64,000 nt of DNA from Octopus vulgaris (GCA_951406725.2 OX597815.1:3224001-3288000); one strand, 5' to 3'. Shown: positions 14,919 to 28,447, counted from the stretch's first letter. Notes: generated from the letters alone by a model not told the origin. Numbers and translations: made by a program.

Positions 14919-15365
14919 TGTATGTATGTATGTATGTGTGTATGTGTGTATATACTGTAGAAGATAATTAAACAGCAAGCGTCGTCCAGCGAACGTCCGT
15001 AAGAAGGGGTCTTGGTTAAGGCCATGGCATGGCTCTCCCCTTATCTTCCTTGTCCACCTTTTATTAAACACACATCATTAGTATGGTTGTCACGAAACAA
15101 ACACCAGCCCCTATCTCACCGTTCAAATAAAGGGAGGTGAGGAGTAGTGCAAGGGGAGGAGAAGATGTGAAGGCGAGATGTTAATATGTATGTATATATG
15201 TACGTATTTATGTATGTGTGTATGTATGTATGAATGCAAGCATGTATATAAATGTGTGTATGCATGTATGTCTGTCTGACTTTCTACCTATTCCTCTGTG
15301 TGCATACACATGCACACACACCCTTACACATAAATACATATATATAGAGAGAGAGATAGATAGAT

Positions 15366-15414
<49 letters not shown>

Positions 15415-15503
15415 AGAATACGCACAAGTATATATATATATATATATATATATACAGGAATACGCACACGTGTATATATATTATATATGTGTGTTCATGT
15501 GAG

Positions 15504-15665
<162 letters not shown>

Positions 15666-15779
15666 CGCTCTGATATACTCATATTCACTGATATACATAT
15701 GTATGTGCACAAATTTACATGCGTCTGTTTGGATGTATCTCTGTAAATAGATATGTACGTATATATATATATATGCGCC

Positions 15780-16135
15780 TATGTATGTATGTATGCACGT
15801 ATGTATGTATGTATGTATGTATGTATGTATGTATGTATGTATGTATGTATGTATGTATGTATGTACGTACGTATGTATGTATGCACGTATGTATGTATGT
15901 ATGTATGTATGTATGTATGTATGCACGTATGTATGTATGTATGTATGTATGTATGTATGTATGTATGTATGTATGTATGTGTGTGTGTATGTATGTATGT
16001 ATGTATGTATGTATGTATGTATGTATGTATGTATGCACGTATTATGTATGTATGTATGTATGTATGTATGTATGTATGTGTGTGTGTATGTATGTATGTA
16101 TGTATGTATGTATGTATGTATGTATGTATGTACGT
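15780..16135. repeat. (TATG)n microsatellite
   Basis: Directly visible. Confidence 0.95.
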
Positions 16136-16466
16136 ACGTACATGTAAGGTGTGTAAGTGGCGGGATCATCCAAGCGTCCGATACATCACTTTGAGATAAG
16201 AAAATACCTGGTTGTCTCTGCTCAACGTTCATCTTTTCAGGGTCGATAACTAAAACAGCAGTCATGTGCTTAGGTCGATTTTACTTTTTCACTCACGCTT
16301 TCGTTCCGCCTGATAAAAATTTCTCAAGATGTGGCATATTTGACGCTGATGCCCCTACCACTCGCTCGTGACCTTTAGGGCTCAAGGCAAGTTATATACC
16401 ACACACATACACACACCTATATGTATGTGTGTGTAAATATATCAATATCAATATATATATATATTA

Positions 16467-16662
16467 GAAATTAAAAAGGAAAATACGCAAACTTACATAG
16501 TTTTAATATAATTTTTAATATATCAACCGGTTTCGCTATCGCTATTCATGATATTATGTTTTACTTATTTGAATATATATTTTTTCTTAAGAAGAAAACC
16601 GGTCGATATATTAAAAATTACATTAAAACTATGTAAGTGTGCGTATTTTCCTTTTTAATTTC
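16467..16662. repeat. Foldback element with ~67-bp inverted arms (16467-16533 / 16596-16662)
   Basis: GAAATTAAAAAGGAAAATACGCA..ACCGGTTT versus AAACCGGT..TGCGTATTTTCCTTTTTAATTTC; TA-rich flanks. Confidence 0.85.
16520..16554 (-). ncRNA. Minimal type-I hammerhead candidate with A3-U8 core
   Basis: Minus strand ATATC ATGAATA GC-GATA-GC GAAA CCGG TT GATAT; 5-bp stem I, 2-bp stem II, ACCGGT palindrome. Confidence 0.55.
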
Positions 16663-16743
16663 CTATATACATTACAACTCACCACGTGGGAATCATCGAA
16701 CTTCCTCTTTTCTGTTACTACTGTATATATATATATATATATG

Positions 16744-16813
<70 letters not shown>

Positions 16814-16892
16814 CATATATATATATATCGATAAAAATGGTAAGACAACAAAAGAAAGAAAGAGACCTCGATATTATGTAAATAGAGGAATT

Positions 16893-17087
16893 TATCTGTA
16901 AATGTAATATGTGACAATTATTCGGTAGTCATGATAAAACTCCGAGTTTCGGATGCCGAGGTTGAAATCCATAGCATTTTTCAGATGGCCGGAAAACTGA
17001 AGAATTGGCGGCGTGGATTTCCACCTCGGCATCCGAAACTCAGAGTTTTATCATGGCTACCGAATAATTGTCACATATTACATTTAC

Positions 17088-17092
<5 letters not shown>
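16893..17092. repeat. Foldback element with 79-bp inverted arms (16893-16971 / 17014-17092) and a degenerate hammerhead-like motif
   Basis: Arms differ at about 3 positions; CTGAAGA at 16997 ... GAAA CTC-A-GAG TT at 17035-17047. Confidence 0.8.
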
Positions 17093-17169
<77 letters not shown>

Positions 17170-17827
17170 GAAGATATGCATAAACAAACGACGTAACGTT
17201 TACTGAATGTAAAAACGATCGGGAGACAGACAGAAGGTCCGTAATTCTTCCTCGGTTATCGACCAATTGGTAATATTCTGTTTCGAACCTTTAACGCTAA
17301 GACTGGGTGCTTCCCAATTGACGGTGTCCGCAAATAAAAGTTTTTCCTACGGAGAATTAGGGACCAGAGCAAACAGAGCAAAACGAAACGAAACGAGCAA
17401 AATGACACAGAGTGTGATTGAAGGCGGTGGACGAGGGCGAGCAGTGGAACGAAATAGGGCCTTGGAGCCAAGGAGATGATAATAGTGGGTAACGCTTAGA
17501 AGATGTCTTGAAGGATGGAGAACGGAGAGACAGAGAATTTGCGAGTGGTCAGCTACGAGACCAGTGTAAGGAAGAAGATAAAGGTAACTGACCACTGGTC
17601 ACGTGACAACAGCAGGGAGAGGGAGCGACAGAGAAAGAAAGGAACGAGATGAAAGGGAAGGAGAAAGGCTATGAATACAAGAGGAAGAGAGGGAAAAGGA
17701 TTGAGTAGAAAGGCTAGAATAGAAGTGAGAGTGTGGGAGAAAGAAAAGGGGAAAGAATGAAAGCAAGAGAGAGTGAGTGAGAGAGAGAGAGAGTCACACG
17801 AGTATTACATGCGTGCATACATACATA

Positions 17828-18829
17828 CGTGACGCAAGAAATATTTCAAGACGTATTTGGTAATAAAATAAAACAATTCTAGTCTCACAAAATCCCAAAG
17901 TATTTTTTAAAAAGCATTTCTGGGCGTGTTCTTGATAAACTTTCTTATAATTCTTATAAATTATATATCCAGCGGGAAGCAATGGCCTCTTGGAGCTAAT
18001 CAACGGCAGCTTTCGTCCTATATTTATGGACTGCCATATCAGCTTGGCGATAACTGTTAATATCCAGTACCGCTGCCGTAGTCGCCTTTAGAGAGACTTA
18101 GAAATAATAATATTTCTACTTATAAAGATTGCTTTCTGTTTTGGGGTTACGTGGACTTTGTGAGAAGGTGCGGAGTTTTGTTGAAACCGGTATGATCTTT
18201 TACTGCGTACTTCATCCATCCAGGGCTTCACAAGTATCTCCAGCTCCACAGTTGTATCCAACAGTTCTAATTGTAAGACCCTGTGGCAAAATGTGAGGTG
18301 GCATTATGTAACCTTTGGTACTCACCTCTCCTAAAACCATCATAGTTGCTGGAAACTTAGTGTACATTACTCTAGAATCTGCACATTGAGGTGCTGGAAA
18401 TAGTTGTTACGTCTGGAAGGCTGAAGCAGGCAGAAAACATGTTTCAACAGAACCCCGAAACAGAAAGCAATCTTTACAATCATGTAACGCCAGTTTTGTG
18501 TCCGTCAGACTCACCAAACTTAAATCTCATGGATGACTACGTAGGCAGCATTGTTGAAAGGGGGAGACTAATGAATATAAAGCCCTATGGCTTCACTGAA
18601 GGCTGCCATTGCTCAGAAGATGGTTGAAATGTATGTGGACATATGTCAAAGATTCCATTCCCGCATTAAAACAGTCATCGAAGTTGAAGACGAATTCATA
18701 GATTAATCTTATAAGAAAGTTTATCAAGAACACGCCCAGGAATGTTTATTAAAATACTTTGGGATTTTGCGAGACTAGAATTGTCTTATTTAATTGCCAA
18801 ATACGTCTTGAAATACAGCTTGCGTCACG
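17828..18829 (+). mobile_element. Degenerate Tc1/mariner-superfamily DNA transposon
   Basis: TA-flanked inverted termini CGTGACGCAAG../..CTTGCGTCACG; internal remnant CPSDSPNLNLMDDYVGSIVE resembles the WPxxSPDLNPxD motif and ends RIKTVIEVEDEFID*. Confidence 0.7.
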
Positions 18830-19014
18830 TATGTATGTATGCACGCATGTAATACTCGTGTGACTCTCTCTCTCTCTCTCTTGCCTTCATTCTCCCCCCT
18901 TTCCTTCACCCTCTCACTTTTATTCTAGACTTTATACTTACTCCTTTTCTCTCTCTCTCATTCTCTCTGTCTCTTGTATTCCTAGACTTCAGTACGCAGA
19001 AAAAGATCATACAA

Positions 19015-19248
19015 GGCAGCTAGCTTGCAGAACCGTTAGCACGCCGGGCGAAATGCTTAGCAGTATTTCGTCTGCCACTACGTTCTGAGTTCAAATTCCG
19101 CCGAGGTCGACTTTGCCTTTCATTCTTTCGGGTTGATTAAATAAGTACCAGTTACGCACTGGCGTCGATGTAATCGACTTAATCCGTTTGTCTGTCCTTG
19201 TTTGTCCCCTCTATGTTTAGTCCCTTGTGGGTAGTAAAGAAATAGGTA
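19015..19248 (+). mobile_element. SINE family A
   Basis: Same head and core as 838-1583. Confidence 0.85.
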
Positions 19249-19649
19249 TTCTAATGGAATAATTTATAGTTATAAAAAGTTAATTTTGTCGATTAAATTC
19301 ACGAAGATTTCCGTTATGTCGGATTTAGTGTACTGGGGGCAGTAGATGATAGTTTGAAAAATTTTCCTTTCTGTGGGGATCAGAATCCTAACTTGAGATC
19401 ATAACCCGAAATCTCACGTGTTCCTCATCAAATAACTCTACCGTTCACTCTTACATAACTTTTCTAGTTCGGGTGGCATATGCATGTGGTGGCATATACG
19501 TATGATGTCGTACATGTAGCACTTCTTTCAACAGAGATATGAATACTATCCTTCAATGGGTGAATGACTGTGGAGTCTATTTTACTGCCAGCATCTTCAA
19601 CACCAATAGTACTTCAACATCCCTACTGATAGAAAACCGAAATTACCTC

Positions 19650-20090
19650 AAAGTTTGCAAGTTTTGTCTAGTGAATGTTTTAAAAAAAGATGGGTGAATG
19701 TAGCAAGGATGGCACGTATGAATGACGAAGCCACCTTGACTATGATTCTATGAGCCGTAAAAATGAATACAGAGAGTTGCTTATTTGCAAAAAAAAAAAA
19801 AAGAAGAAATATAACATGCGACTTCATTGACCGAGGTTACCGTAGGTTTTTCTTTCCACGGGTAAACCCCACCTGTCCTCCCCTTTATACTTCATATTGA
19901 CATTTCTGTGATAATGATCCCTATTGATCCAATTTTTTTCCTTTCCCTCCCCCCTTTTTTGTCCTCTTTCTTTCCATTTACGATCCCTTTTGATCGAAAA
20001 CCAAACCCCCTTCTTTTACCCCCAAAAGAAAAGCTCTACCTTGTAATTTTGTCCTGTCTGTGTGCAGCCCTGTGTGGCTAATAAAGAAAC

Positions 20091-20092
<2 letters not shown>
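19650..20092 (+). mobile_element. 3' end of a Tx1/L1-like LINE (ORF2 tail plus 3' UTR) abutting (ATCT)n
   Basis: QVLSSECFKKRWVNVARMARM resembles the ORF2 tail near 25870; AATAAA immediately before the SSR; second copy at 29988-30357. Confidence 0.6.
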
Positions 20093-20606
<514 letters not shown>

Positions 20607-20698
20607 AGCCTGCTTATCATTTGCTAATTATGTACGCACGCATACTCACATATATTACAAAAGGCTCACAAGTGCAGACACACGAAACGCTCACAGAT

Positions 20699-20754
<56 letters not shown>

Positions 20755-21072
20755 TAAGGGAATCTGTCCGTTCTTTCCCGAAAGCGAAGTCGCTGCAAAC
20801 TTTCACGGGGGTGCACAGTTATGGGCATTGATTACTGAAGCATGCAGGTGCATGCAGTTAGTTGCATCACCTGCATCAAAATCAACTGTGCAGCTTTCCA
20901 CTAATTGAACAGAGGCACAAACAATATGCAATCTCACACACACACACACACACACGCATACATACACATGCACTTAAATACACACATATAAACGCACTTA
21001 CATTTCACATACCTGCACATATATACTTACACACGTATACACATACCCGCACATATATTTGCACATACACAC

Positions 21073-21104
<32 letters not shown>

Positions 21105-21155
21105 GTATAAATATATATATATATACACACAAATATATATATGTATGTATGTATG

Positions 21156-21201
<46 letters not shown>

Positions 21202-21336
21202 TATATATGCACACACACACAATGATAAATAATAAAAAGAACCAAATGTATACACATTCACATCAGAACAGATACACACATACAGATCTCATTACTTCAC
21301 ATTCACAGATTCACGCATGAAAACATACATACCTGC

Positions 21337-21473
<137 letters not shown>

Positions 21474-21829
21474 ACATACATATATGTATACATACATATA
21501 TATGTATGTATTCATGCATATATGGGTACAGGACGTCAAAACCGTGAACAAAAGGAAAACGAGAACATAAAAAGACAAAAACATGGAAAACGAACTTTTT
21601 TCGGACAACGAAAGAAACAAATAGAGAAATGAGACGTGCAACATATACATACATGCATACATACATAAATATCGTTTGTTTTCTTGTTTATTTTTATTTC
21701 TCGTATTGTATTTTCTTGTACATGTATTTCTATCTTGTATTTTATTTTGTATTTTTATTTGTATCGTTTTTACGTCCTGTTTGTGTTACATTTTTTTTTC
21801 TTTCTTGTTTTTACCCCTCTGCGAAGTAA

Positions 21830-22150
21830 TTTTATTTTAATTCTCTCGCAGGAAGGGCTAGTTTCGACGAGTCGTGTTCTGTCTTACCTTCGAAACACGC
21901 TGGAGTAGAACTAGAGACAGCTGATGAAGGGGATTTTTCCTTGTGTAGTTTGTCTTGTACTCTGTTTTTCTGTTGTAAAAAAATGGTTTGTTCCATGCTT
22001 GTTTTTCCGTTTTCGTTTCTCGTTGAGTTCTACGTCTATTTGTGGTGTCCTGTACTCACGTATATATTTTATATGCATGTATATGTACATGTAGATGTAG
22101 GTACGTACATATATGTTTGTATGTATGCATATATTTTATTTATTACACTA
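21830..22150 (+). mobile_element. Penelope-like pLTR remnant with a degenerate hammerhead-like motif (21858-21914)
   Basis: CTAGTT TCGACGA G..C GAAA CAC..GAG TA G AACTAG, then a second CTGATGA; repeated at 23063-23600. Confidence 0.45.
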
Positions 22151-22289
22151 TTGTTTGACAGCGCCCTCGCGTCGATTCGATTCGTTCGTTTCGTTCCGTT
22201 CTTCTTCTTCTCCAAGTACTGTTTTATATATATATATATATATATGAATAAATAAATGGAGTTTAACGCAGGTGTAATCAAATATTTTT

Positions 22290-22359
22290 ACTTTCGACAC
22301 GTGTTTCGAAAATTCCAGAGTAAATGGTATAAACAATGCAATCTTCTCCACAGGAAAGT
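22290..22359 (-). ncRNA. Hammerhead copy with an A6U core mutation (probably inactive)
   Basis: Minus strand ACTTTC CTGTGGA GAAGATT..AATTTTC GAAA CACGTG TC GAAAGT. Confidence 0.55.
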
Positions 22360-22733
22360 GAAAAAAGCGAAAATACCTCAGAATTGCAGAGAAGGCAGAA
22401 TTCTGTCTTCTCTGCAATTCTGAGCTATTTTTCATTATTTTTTTCTAAAAATACTCTAGTAAACACGGTTATAGAGCGAGCATACAGATGTAAGCATTGG
22501 CAAAAACATACATTTAGTGCATATAAGTAGTGTCTATCATTATATATAATTTAAACTTTAATTTCCTTTATATTTCACATTCACTATTGGTATCCCTACT
22601 CTTTCTGTTAGCTACTTATCACGTTATATCATATAACGTTTATTTTTTGACAATATTAATAGCGTTCTGTCTATCGCTATACAAATCCATCATTTTCTGC
22701 TAAAATGTCTTATTGACGAGTTTCGCTTTTTTC

Positions 22734-22819
22734 ACTTTCCTGAGGAGAAGATTGCATTGTTTATACCATTTACTCTTTTGAATAGTATCAGTGGAATTTT
22801 CGAAACATGTGTCGAAAGT
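22734..22819 (+). ncRNA. Type-I hammerhead ribozyme with canonical core
   Basis: Stem I ACTTTC/GAAAGT, core CTGAGGA, stem II GAAGATTGCA/TGGAATTTTC (9 of 10 pairs), GAAA, stem III ACA-TG-TGT, GUC triplet with predicted cleavage after 22813. Confidence 0.75.
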
Positions 22820-23013
22820 AAAAATATTTGATTACACCTGCGTTAAACTACAATTATTTACTCATATATTATTCAAAATATTCAACGTAAACACGAAGTT
22901 TCTACCTTTATAAACAAGGAGTTACAACATCTTTACTTGTGAGATTTTTGCTACCCTGGTAACTATTTATTTATTTTTTTCCGTGTTAATTGTTAACAAG
23001 GTAAATATACACT

Positions 23014-23062
<49 letters not shown>

Positions 23063-23595
23063 TTCGAAACACGCATTGAGTCGAACCAGGGACAGCTGAT
23101 GAAGGGGAATATTCCTTGTATTGTTTGTCTTGTACTCTGTTTTTTCGTTGTTAAAAAAAGGTCCGTTTCCATGTTTGTTTTTATGTTTTCGTTTCTCGTT
23201 GAGTTCTACGTCTATTTGTGGTGTCCTGTACTCATATATATATATATTAATTCTCTCGCAGGAAGGCCTAGTTTTGAAGAGTCGTGTCCTGTCTTGCCTT
23301 CGAAACACGCTTGAGTCTAACTAGCGACAGCTGATGATTGGGGGATTTTTCCTTGTGTAGCATGTCCTGTACTCTGTTTTTCTGTTGTAAAAAAATGTTT
23401 TTCCCGTTTTCGTTTCTCGTCCAGTTCCACGTCTCTGTTTGTCTGTTGTAAAAAAAATGGCTTTTCCGTTTTCGTTTCTCGTTGAGTTCTACGTCTAGTT
23501 GTGGTGTCCTGTAGTCACGTATATATATTTATATATACATGTAGATGCAGGTACGTACATATATGTTTGTATGTATGCATATATTTTATTTATTA

Positions 23596-23636
<41 letters not shown>

Positions 23637-23640
23637 TGTA
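23063..23640 (+). mobile_element. Two tandem copies of the pLTR-like repeat also found at 21830-22150
   Basis: Repeated CTTCGAAACACGC..GACAGCTGATGA..GTTTCTCGTTGAGTTCTACGTC..GGTGTCCTGTA; TA flanks. Confidence 0.55.
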
Positions 23641-23711
23641 TATATACATGTAGATGTAGGTACGTACATATATGTATGTATGCATATATATTTTATTTAT
23701 TAAATTATTAT

Positions 23712-23814
<103 letters not shown>

Positions 23815-24086
23815 CATATACACACACAAATAAATCTATATACATAACAAAAGAAAGCACATACGAACAAACATATTTATATATATCGTTGCTATTATGC
23901 AAAAGTGCCGTAAGTCCGAAACGTCGCTTTATGAGAAAATACAAAGAAAAGTTCCATCATTCCATTTCTTTTTACATTAGCAACAGTTTCAGCTTAACAA
24001 TAAATACTTTGTTGGGCGCATAAAATCATCACTCCATGCATTTGTGATATTCTCAGTTAGAAATATTTTTGCAAAACTGTCGTATG

Positions 24087-24411
24087 TGAGTTCAAATTCC
24101 GCCGAGGTCGACTTTGCCTTTCATGCTTTCGGGGTCGATTAAATAAGTACCAGTTACGCACTGGGGTCAATATAATCAACTTAATCCGTTTGTCTGTCTT
24201 TGTTTGTCCTCTCTGTGTTTAGCCCCTTGTGGGTAGTAAAGAAATAGGTATTTAATCTGTCTTTATGTTCTGAGTTCAAATTCCGCCGAGGTAGACTTTG
24301 CCTTTCATCCTTTCGGGGTCGATAAATTAAGTACCAGTTGCGTACTGAGGTCGATCTAATCGACTGGCCCACTCCCCTAAAATTTCAGGCCTCTTCTACC
24401 TAGGGTAGAAA
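24087..24411 (+). mobile_element. SINE family A, head-truncated dimer
   Basis: Core and tail match family A. Confidence 0.8.
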
Positions 24412-24707
24412 AAGATAGATACATGATGGGTGGGGTGGGGTGAAAGACATTGTAAAAAAAAACCCAATCAATATAGCCAATTATTATTGATTAATTGATC
24501 AATTAGCCAACAATAAAGACGGGGAAATACAAACATCGTATGTGTTATTGGCTGAATGGCTTCTTCGCCCCAAACTCGCCCCCGAAACCCTTCCCTCATT
24601 CCCACCCCCACGTCTCGGATTCCTCAAACCACAGAAATATCTGTTTCAAAACATAAGTTTGCATTAAGAACCTTAATAAACAAATACAAAAGGGAAACAC
24701 ACACACT

Positions 24708-24757
<50 letters not shown>

Positions 24758-24769
24758 TACACAAATACA

Positions 24770-24810
<41 letters not shown>

Positions 24811-24886
24811 ACTCATAGACACACACTCATGCTCATCCATCAGTATGTAAATATATGAGTGAATGTGTATGTAAGCGCAGATACAT

Positions 24887-24968
<82 letters not shown>

Positions 24969-25019
24969 ATATATATAATACACAACACATACACTTATAT
25001 GTGTGTGTGTGTTTCTGTG

Positions 25020-26140
25020 TTTTGTGCGTCTTTGTACTTCTCTCTTGCCGCTCCACAGCGCTCTGTCTGCTGCCAGAAACCGCTAAAGGGTGGACCGGAG
25101 ATGCCTTGGCTGAGGATGCGAAAATTCGCGTTAAGGTTAAGGCACCTCTGGCTTTACCTGAATGGAGAGCAGGTGTGGTCACCGCACGTTCGGTTCTACC
25201 TTCTGCAATTAACGTCCTTAACGGACATTAGTAATTGGATCAAGCAGAGACCTAGGCTGGAGGATTGGCAATTGGAGTGCCGCCAGGCACTTCAGCTACT
25301 CTCTCGGGCGGGCAATGCCGGCAACAAGTGTTCCACCCCGGATTTCTATAGCGGTTCAGTGGAGATTAAGTTTGAAGACGCCTTGGGGGAGACCCTGAGC
25401 TACGATGAAAATCAGTTAATCAACCTGTTCCGGAGAACTTTCGGGCCGGGGTATTTGGACAATTACCAGAAATCTCTGGCTTGGCAGTGCTTCCGTGGGC
25501 GTTACCTGTTCGTGATAAACTGTCAAGGCACGGAAGTGCCGTCTCGCCGACATGACCGAGGTGCGGGCAGGACAGGGAAACCGTCTTGCACGCATTTGTG
25601 GAGTGTCCGGAATTAACGAGACTAATAGTTTTCGCAGAGCAACTGTTGTGAACGATGAAAAGAGTACAGCTATCAGCTGAATCTATCATCGAGATTGTGC
25701 CGCCTCCTGCCCTTATCAGGGAAAGGAAGGCTTGCTTTTTCTGCGTAGTAGCCATACTGAAAGAAACAGTATGGAAGACGCATGTGAGAGGCATAGTGTC
25801 GGGTACCTTTGTCTCCGGCCAGGGGTTGGTTAACTTTTTTAGTTACCACCTCAGTAATAAAATCAGGCTGGAGAAAAGTGACCTGTCACGAGACAGATTC
25901 ATGAGAAGATGGAAGCCTGTGGCGAGGAAGCTGGGAGTGTTTGGCACCAGGTAAGTGGAAGCCAAAAACAGGAAAGAAAAAGCAACGCTTAAGTCAAAAG
26001 TTATAAACATATTTATTAAATTATTGTATATTTTAAATTGTAAATATTTAATCGCTGCAGCTACTTCACCCTTTTATGTTTGTCTGTTCTTGTTCGTCCC
26101 CTCTTTGTAATGTCTTCATGGCAAATATTTATGAAATAAA
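25020..26140 (+). mobile_element. 5'-truncated, frameshifted Tx1/L1-like LINE (ORF2 C-terminus with zinc knuckle)
   Basis: YQKSLAWQCFRG/LPVRDKL..(C)PRCGQDRETVLHAFVECP, a CxxC..H..C motif; stop at 25954; AATAAA near 26136. Confidence 0.75.
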
Positions 26141-26490
26141 GTAGCTTGCTTACCAATCACATGGTTCCGGGTTCAGTCACACTACGTGGCACCTTGGTCA
26201 GGTGTCTTCTACTATAGCCTCGAGCTGACAAAAGCCAAGTGAGTGGATTTGGTAGACGGAAACTGAAAGAAGCCCGTCGTATGTGTGTGTGTGTGTGTGT
26301 GTTTGTGTATCTTCCCCTACCGTCGCTTTACAATCGATGTTGGTGTGTTTACGTCCCCGTAAATTAGAGACCGATAGAACAAGTACTAGGCTTACAAAGA
26401 ATAAGTCCCGGAGTCAATTCGTTCGACTAAAGGCGGTGCTCCAGCATGGCTGCAGTCAAATGACTGAAACATGTAGAAGGATAAAAGAAT
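26141..26490 (+). mobile_element. SINE family B, head-truncated
   Basis: Matches 7652-8229. Confidence 0.8.
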
Positions 26491-27125
26491 AGAAAAAGAA
26501 TACGTATGTATATACATATGCATACATGCGCGTGTCTGTATTTGTGCGTCCCTGTTTATTCCCCACCAACACTTGACAACCGGTGTCGGTGTGTTTACAT
26601 CCCTGTAACGTAGCGGTTCAGCAAACGAGACTGATAAAATAAGTATGGCTTAATAAAAGAAAAAAATGTACTGATCGATGTAGGGCTCGATGCGTTCGAC
26701 TAAAATCTTTGAAGGCGTTGCTCCAGCATGGCCGCCGTCTAATACCTGAAACGAAGTAAAAGATACGCCAACTACCAGAAACAGCACCTTCTAAAACAGC
26801 TTCCAAACTGACATGCCTTTCTTCCTACGGGCTTCTTTCAGTTTCCATCTCCAAAATCTACTCTGAAGGCTTTGATCGACACCAGGCTATAGTAGAAGAT
26901 ACTTGCCCCAAGGTGTCATCCCAATGGAAAGTGAACCGTAGGATTGAACCTGGAACCATGTGGTTGCGAAGCAAGCTTCTTACCACACATCGCCTATTCT
27001 ATGTCTTCCCAGATCATAATTTCCCAGACTAGAGCGATTGTAAAATGTTACGCATATATAAGCGACAGAGGCAGTATTAATACCGAGAGGCAAACGTGGA
27101 TGTTTCGTTAGACGACGAGATGGAG

Positions 27126-27713
27126 GAAACGTTAGCCCGCCGGGCGAAATGCGTAGCCGTATTTCGTCTGCCGTTACGTTCTGAGTTCAAATTCCACTGA
27201 GGTCGACTTTGCCTTTCATCCTTTCAAGGTCGATTAAATAAGTACCAGTTACGTAGTGGGGTCGATGTAATCGACTTAATCCGTTTATCTGCCCTTGTTT
27301 GTCCCCTCTGGGTTTAGCCTCTTGTGGGTAGTAACAAAATAGGTATTTCGTCTGCCGTTACGTTCAGAGTTCAAATTCCACTGAGGTCGACTTTGCCTTT
27401 CATCCTTTCAAGGTCGATTAAATAAGTACCAGTTACGTACTGGGGTCGATGTAATCGACTTAATCCGTTTGTCTGCCCTTGTTTGTCCCCTCTGTGTTTA
27501 GCCCCTTGTGGGTAGTAAAGAAAAATAGGTATTTCGTCTGCCGTTACGTTGTGAGTTCAAATTCCACTGAGGTCGACTTTGCCTTTCATCCTTTCAGGGT
27601 CGATTAAATAAGTACCAGTTACGTACTGGGGTCGATGTAATCGACTTAATCCGTTTGTCTGCCCTTGTTTGTCCCCTCTGTGTTTAGCCCCTTTTGGGCA
27701 ATAAAGAAATAGG
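27126..27713 (+). mobile_element. SINE family A, three tandem units
   Basis: ~183-bp units that all share the private variant TTCCACTGAGG. Confidence 0.85.
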
Positions 27714-28374
27714 AAATGGCGTGATCTGGTGGTCTTGGCGATGGAGTTGGTGGTGAGTTACCTCCCTGCTAGCGATATGAACAAGCGTGCATTCAACACT
27801 AAAAGCCTATGTGAGAGCTTCTCTCACGATGCCTACTACAGTGTAGTTTCTTTTAGCAGAACATCCACGTTTAAGTGGGAATGAATACGGCGGTAGTGAG
27901 TGTATGAGAGAGAAGGAAAGAGAGAAGGGTTGAGGGAGAGAGATTGAGAGGGGGACAGAGATATGGTTTGGGGTTCAGTCTCACCGCGGCGCGGCACTTT
28001 GGGAAAATGTCTTCTATAGTTACGGGTCGAGTGAATTTGGCAGACAGAGACTGTATGGGAGACTGTCGGGTTTAGATATACCTGCGCGCGAACCTTTGTG
28101 TCTGTGTTAACCCGACCCATCTCTTGACATTCAGTGTTAGTTTGTTTACGCCTCAGCAACTTAGCGGTTCAGCAAAAATTACCATCAAATACGTATCAAA
28201 CTTTAAAATAAAAGAAGCGATGTCAACTTATTCGACTAAAACGTTTAAAGTGGAAGCTACAGTATGGCCACAATCCAATGACAGAAACAAATAAGCGATG
28301 AGAAATAAATTAAATGAACGGACGCAACATAAATTAAGGTGAAACGTAGGAAATAAAAACGAAAATGTAGAATC

Positions 28375-28447
28375 TACCTCCGACGGGACTCGAACCCGCA
28401 ATCCCCGGCTTAGGAGGCCGGTGCCTTATCCATTGGGCCACGGAGGC
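28375..28447 (-). tRNA. tRNA-Arg-CCT: tRNA-Arg(CCT)
   Basis: GCCTCCG TG GCCC AATGGATAA GGC A CCGGC CT CCT AA GCCGG GGATT GCGGG TTCGAGT CCCGT CGGAGGT A; full cloverleaf, T-runs downstream. Confidence 0.95.

Larger units (their letters stand above)
22260..22849. repeat. Foldback element: inverted arms 22260-22372 / 22721-22849, inner 48-bp palindrome at 22377-22424
   Basis: Arms nearly identical apart from a 16-bp indel; inner CTCAGAATTGCAGAGAAGGCAGAA|TTCTGTCTTCTCTGCAATTCTGAG has one G-T. Confidence 0.9.

Noticed and set aside
16141-16265. Peptide AVLVIDPEKM..FLSQSDV..IPP, which looks like the C-terminus of KptA/Tpt1
   Set aside because: IDPEKM is the translation of the SINE family A core (ATCGACCC.GAAA.GATGAA); the rest of the ORF is (TACA)n
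23895-23930. CCGAAACGTC half-motif resembling a hammerhead
   Set aside because: No recognisable upstream core or stem II
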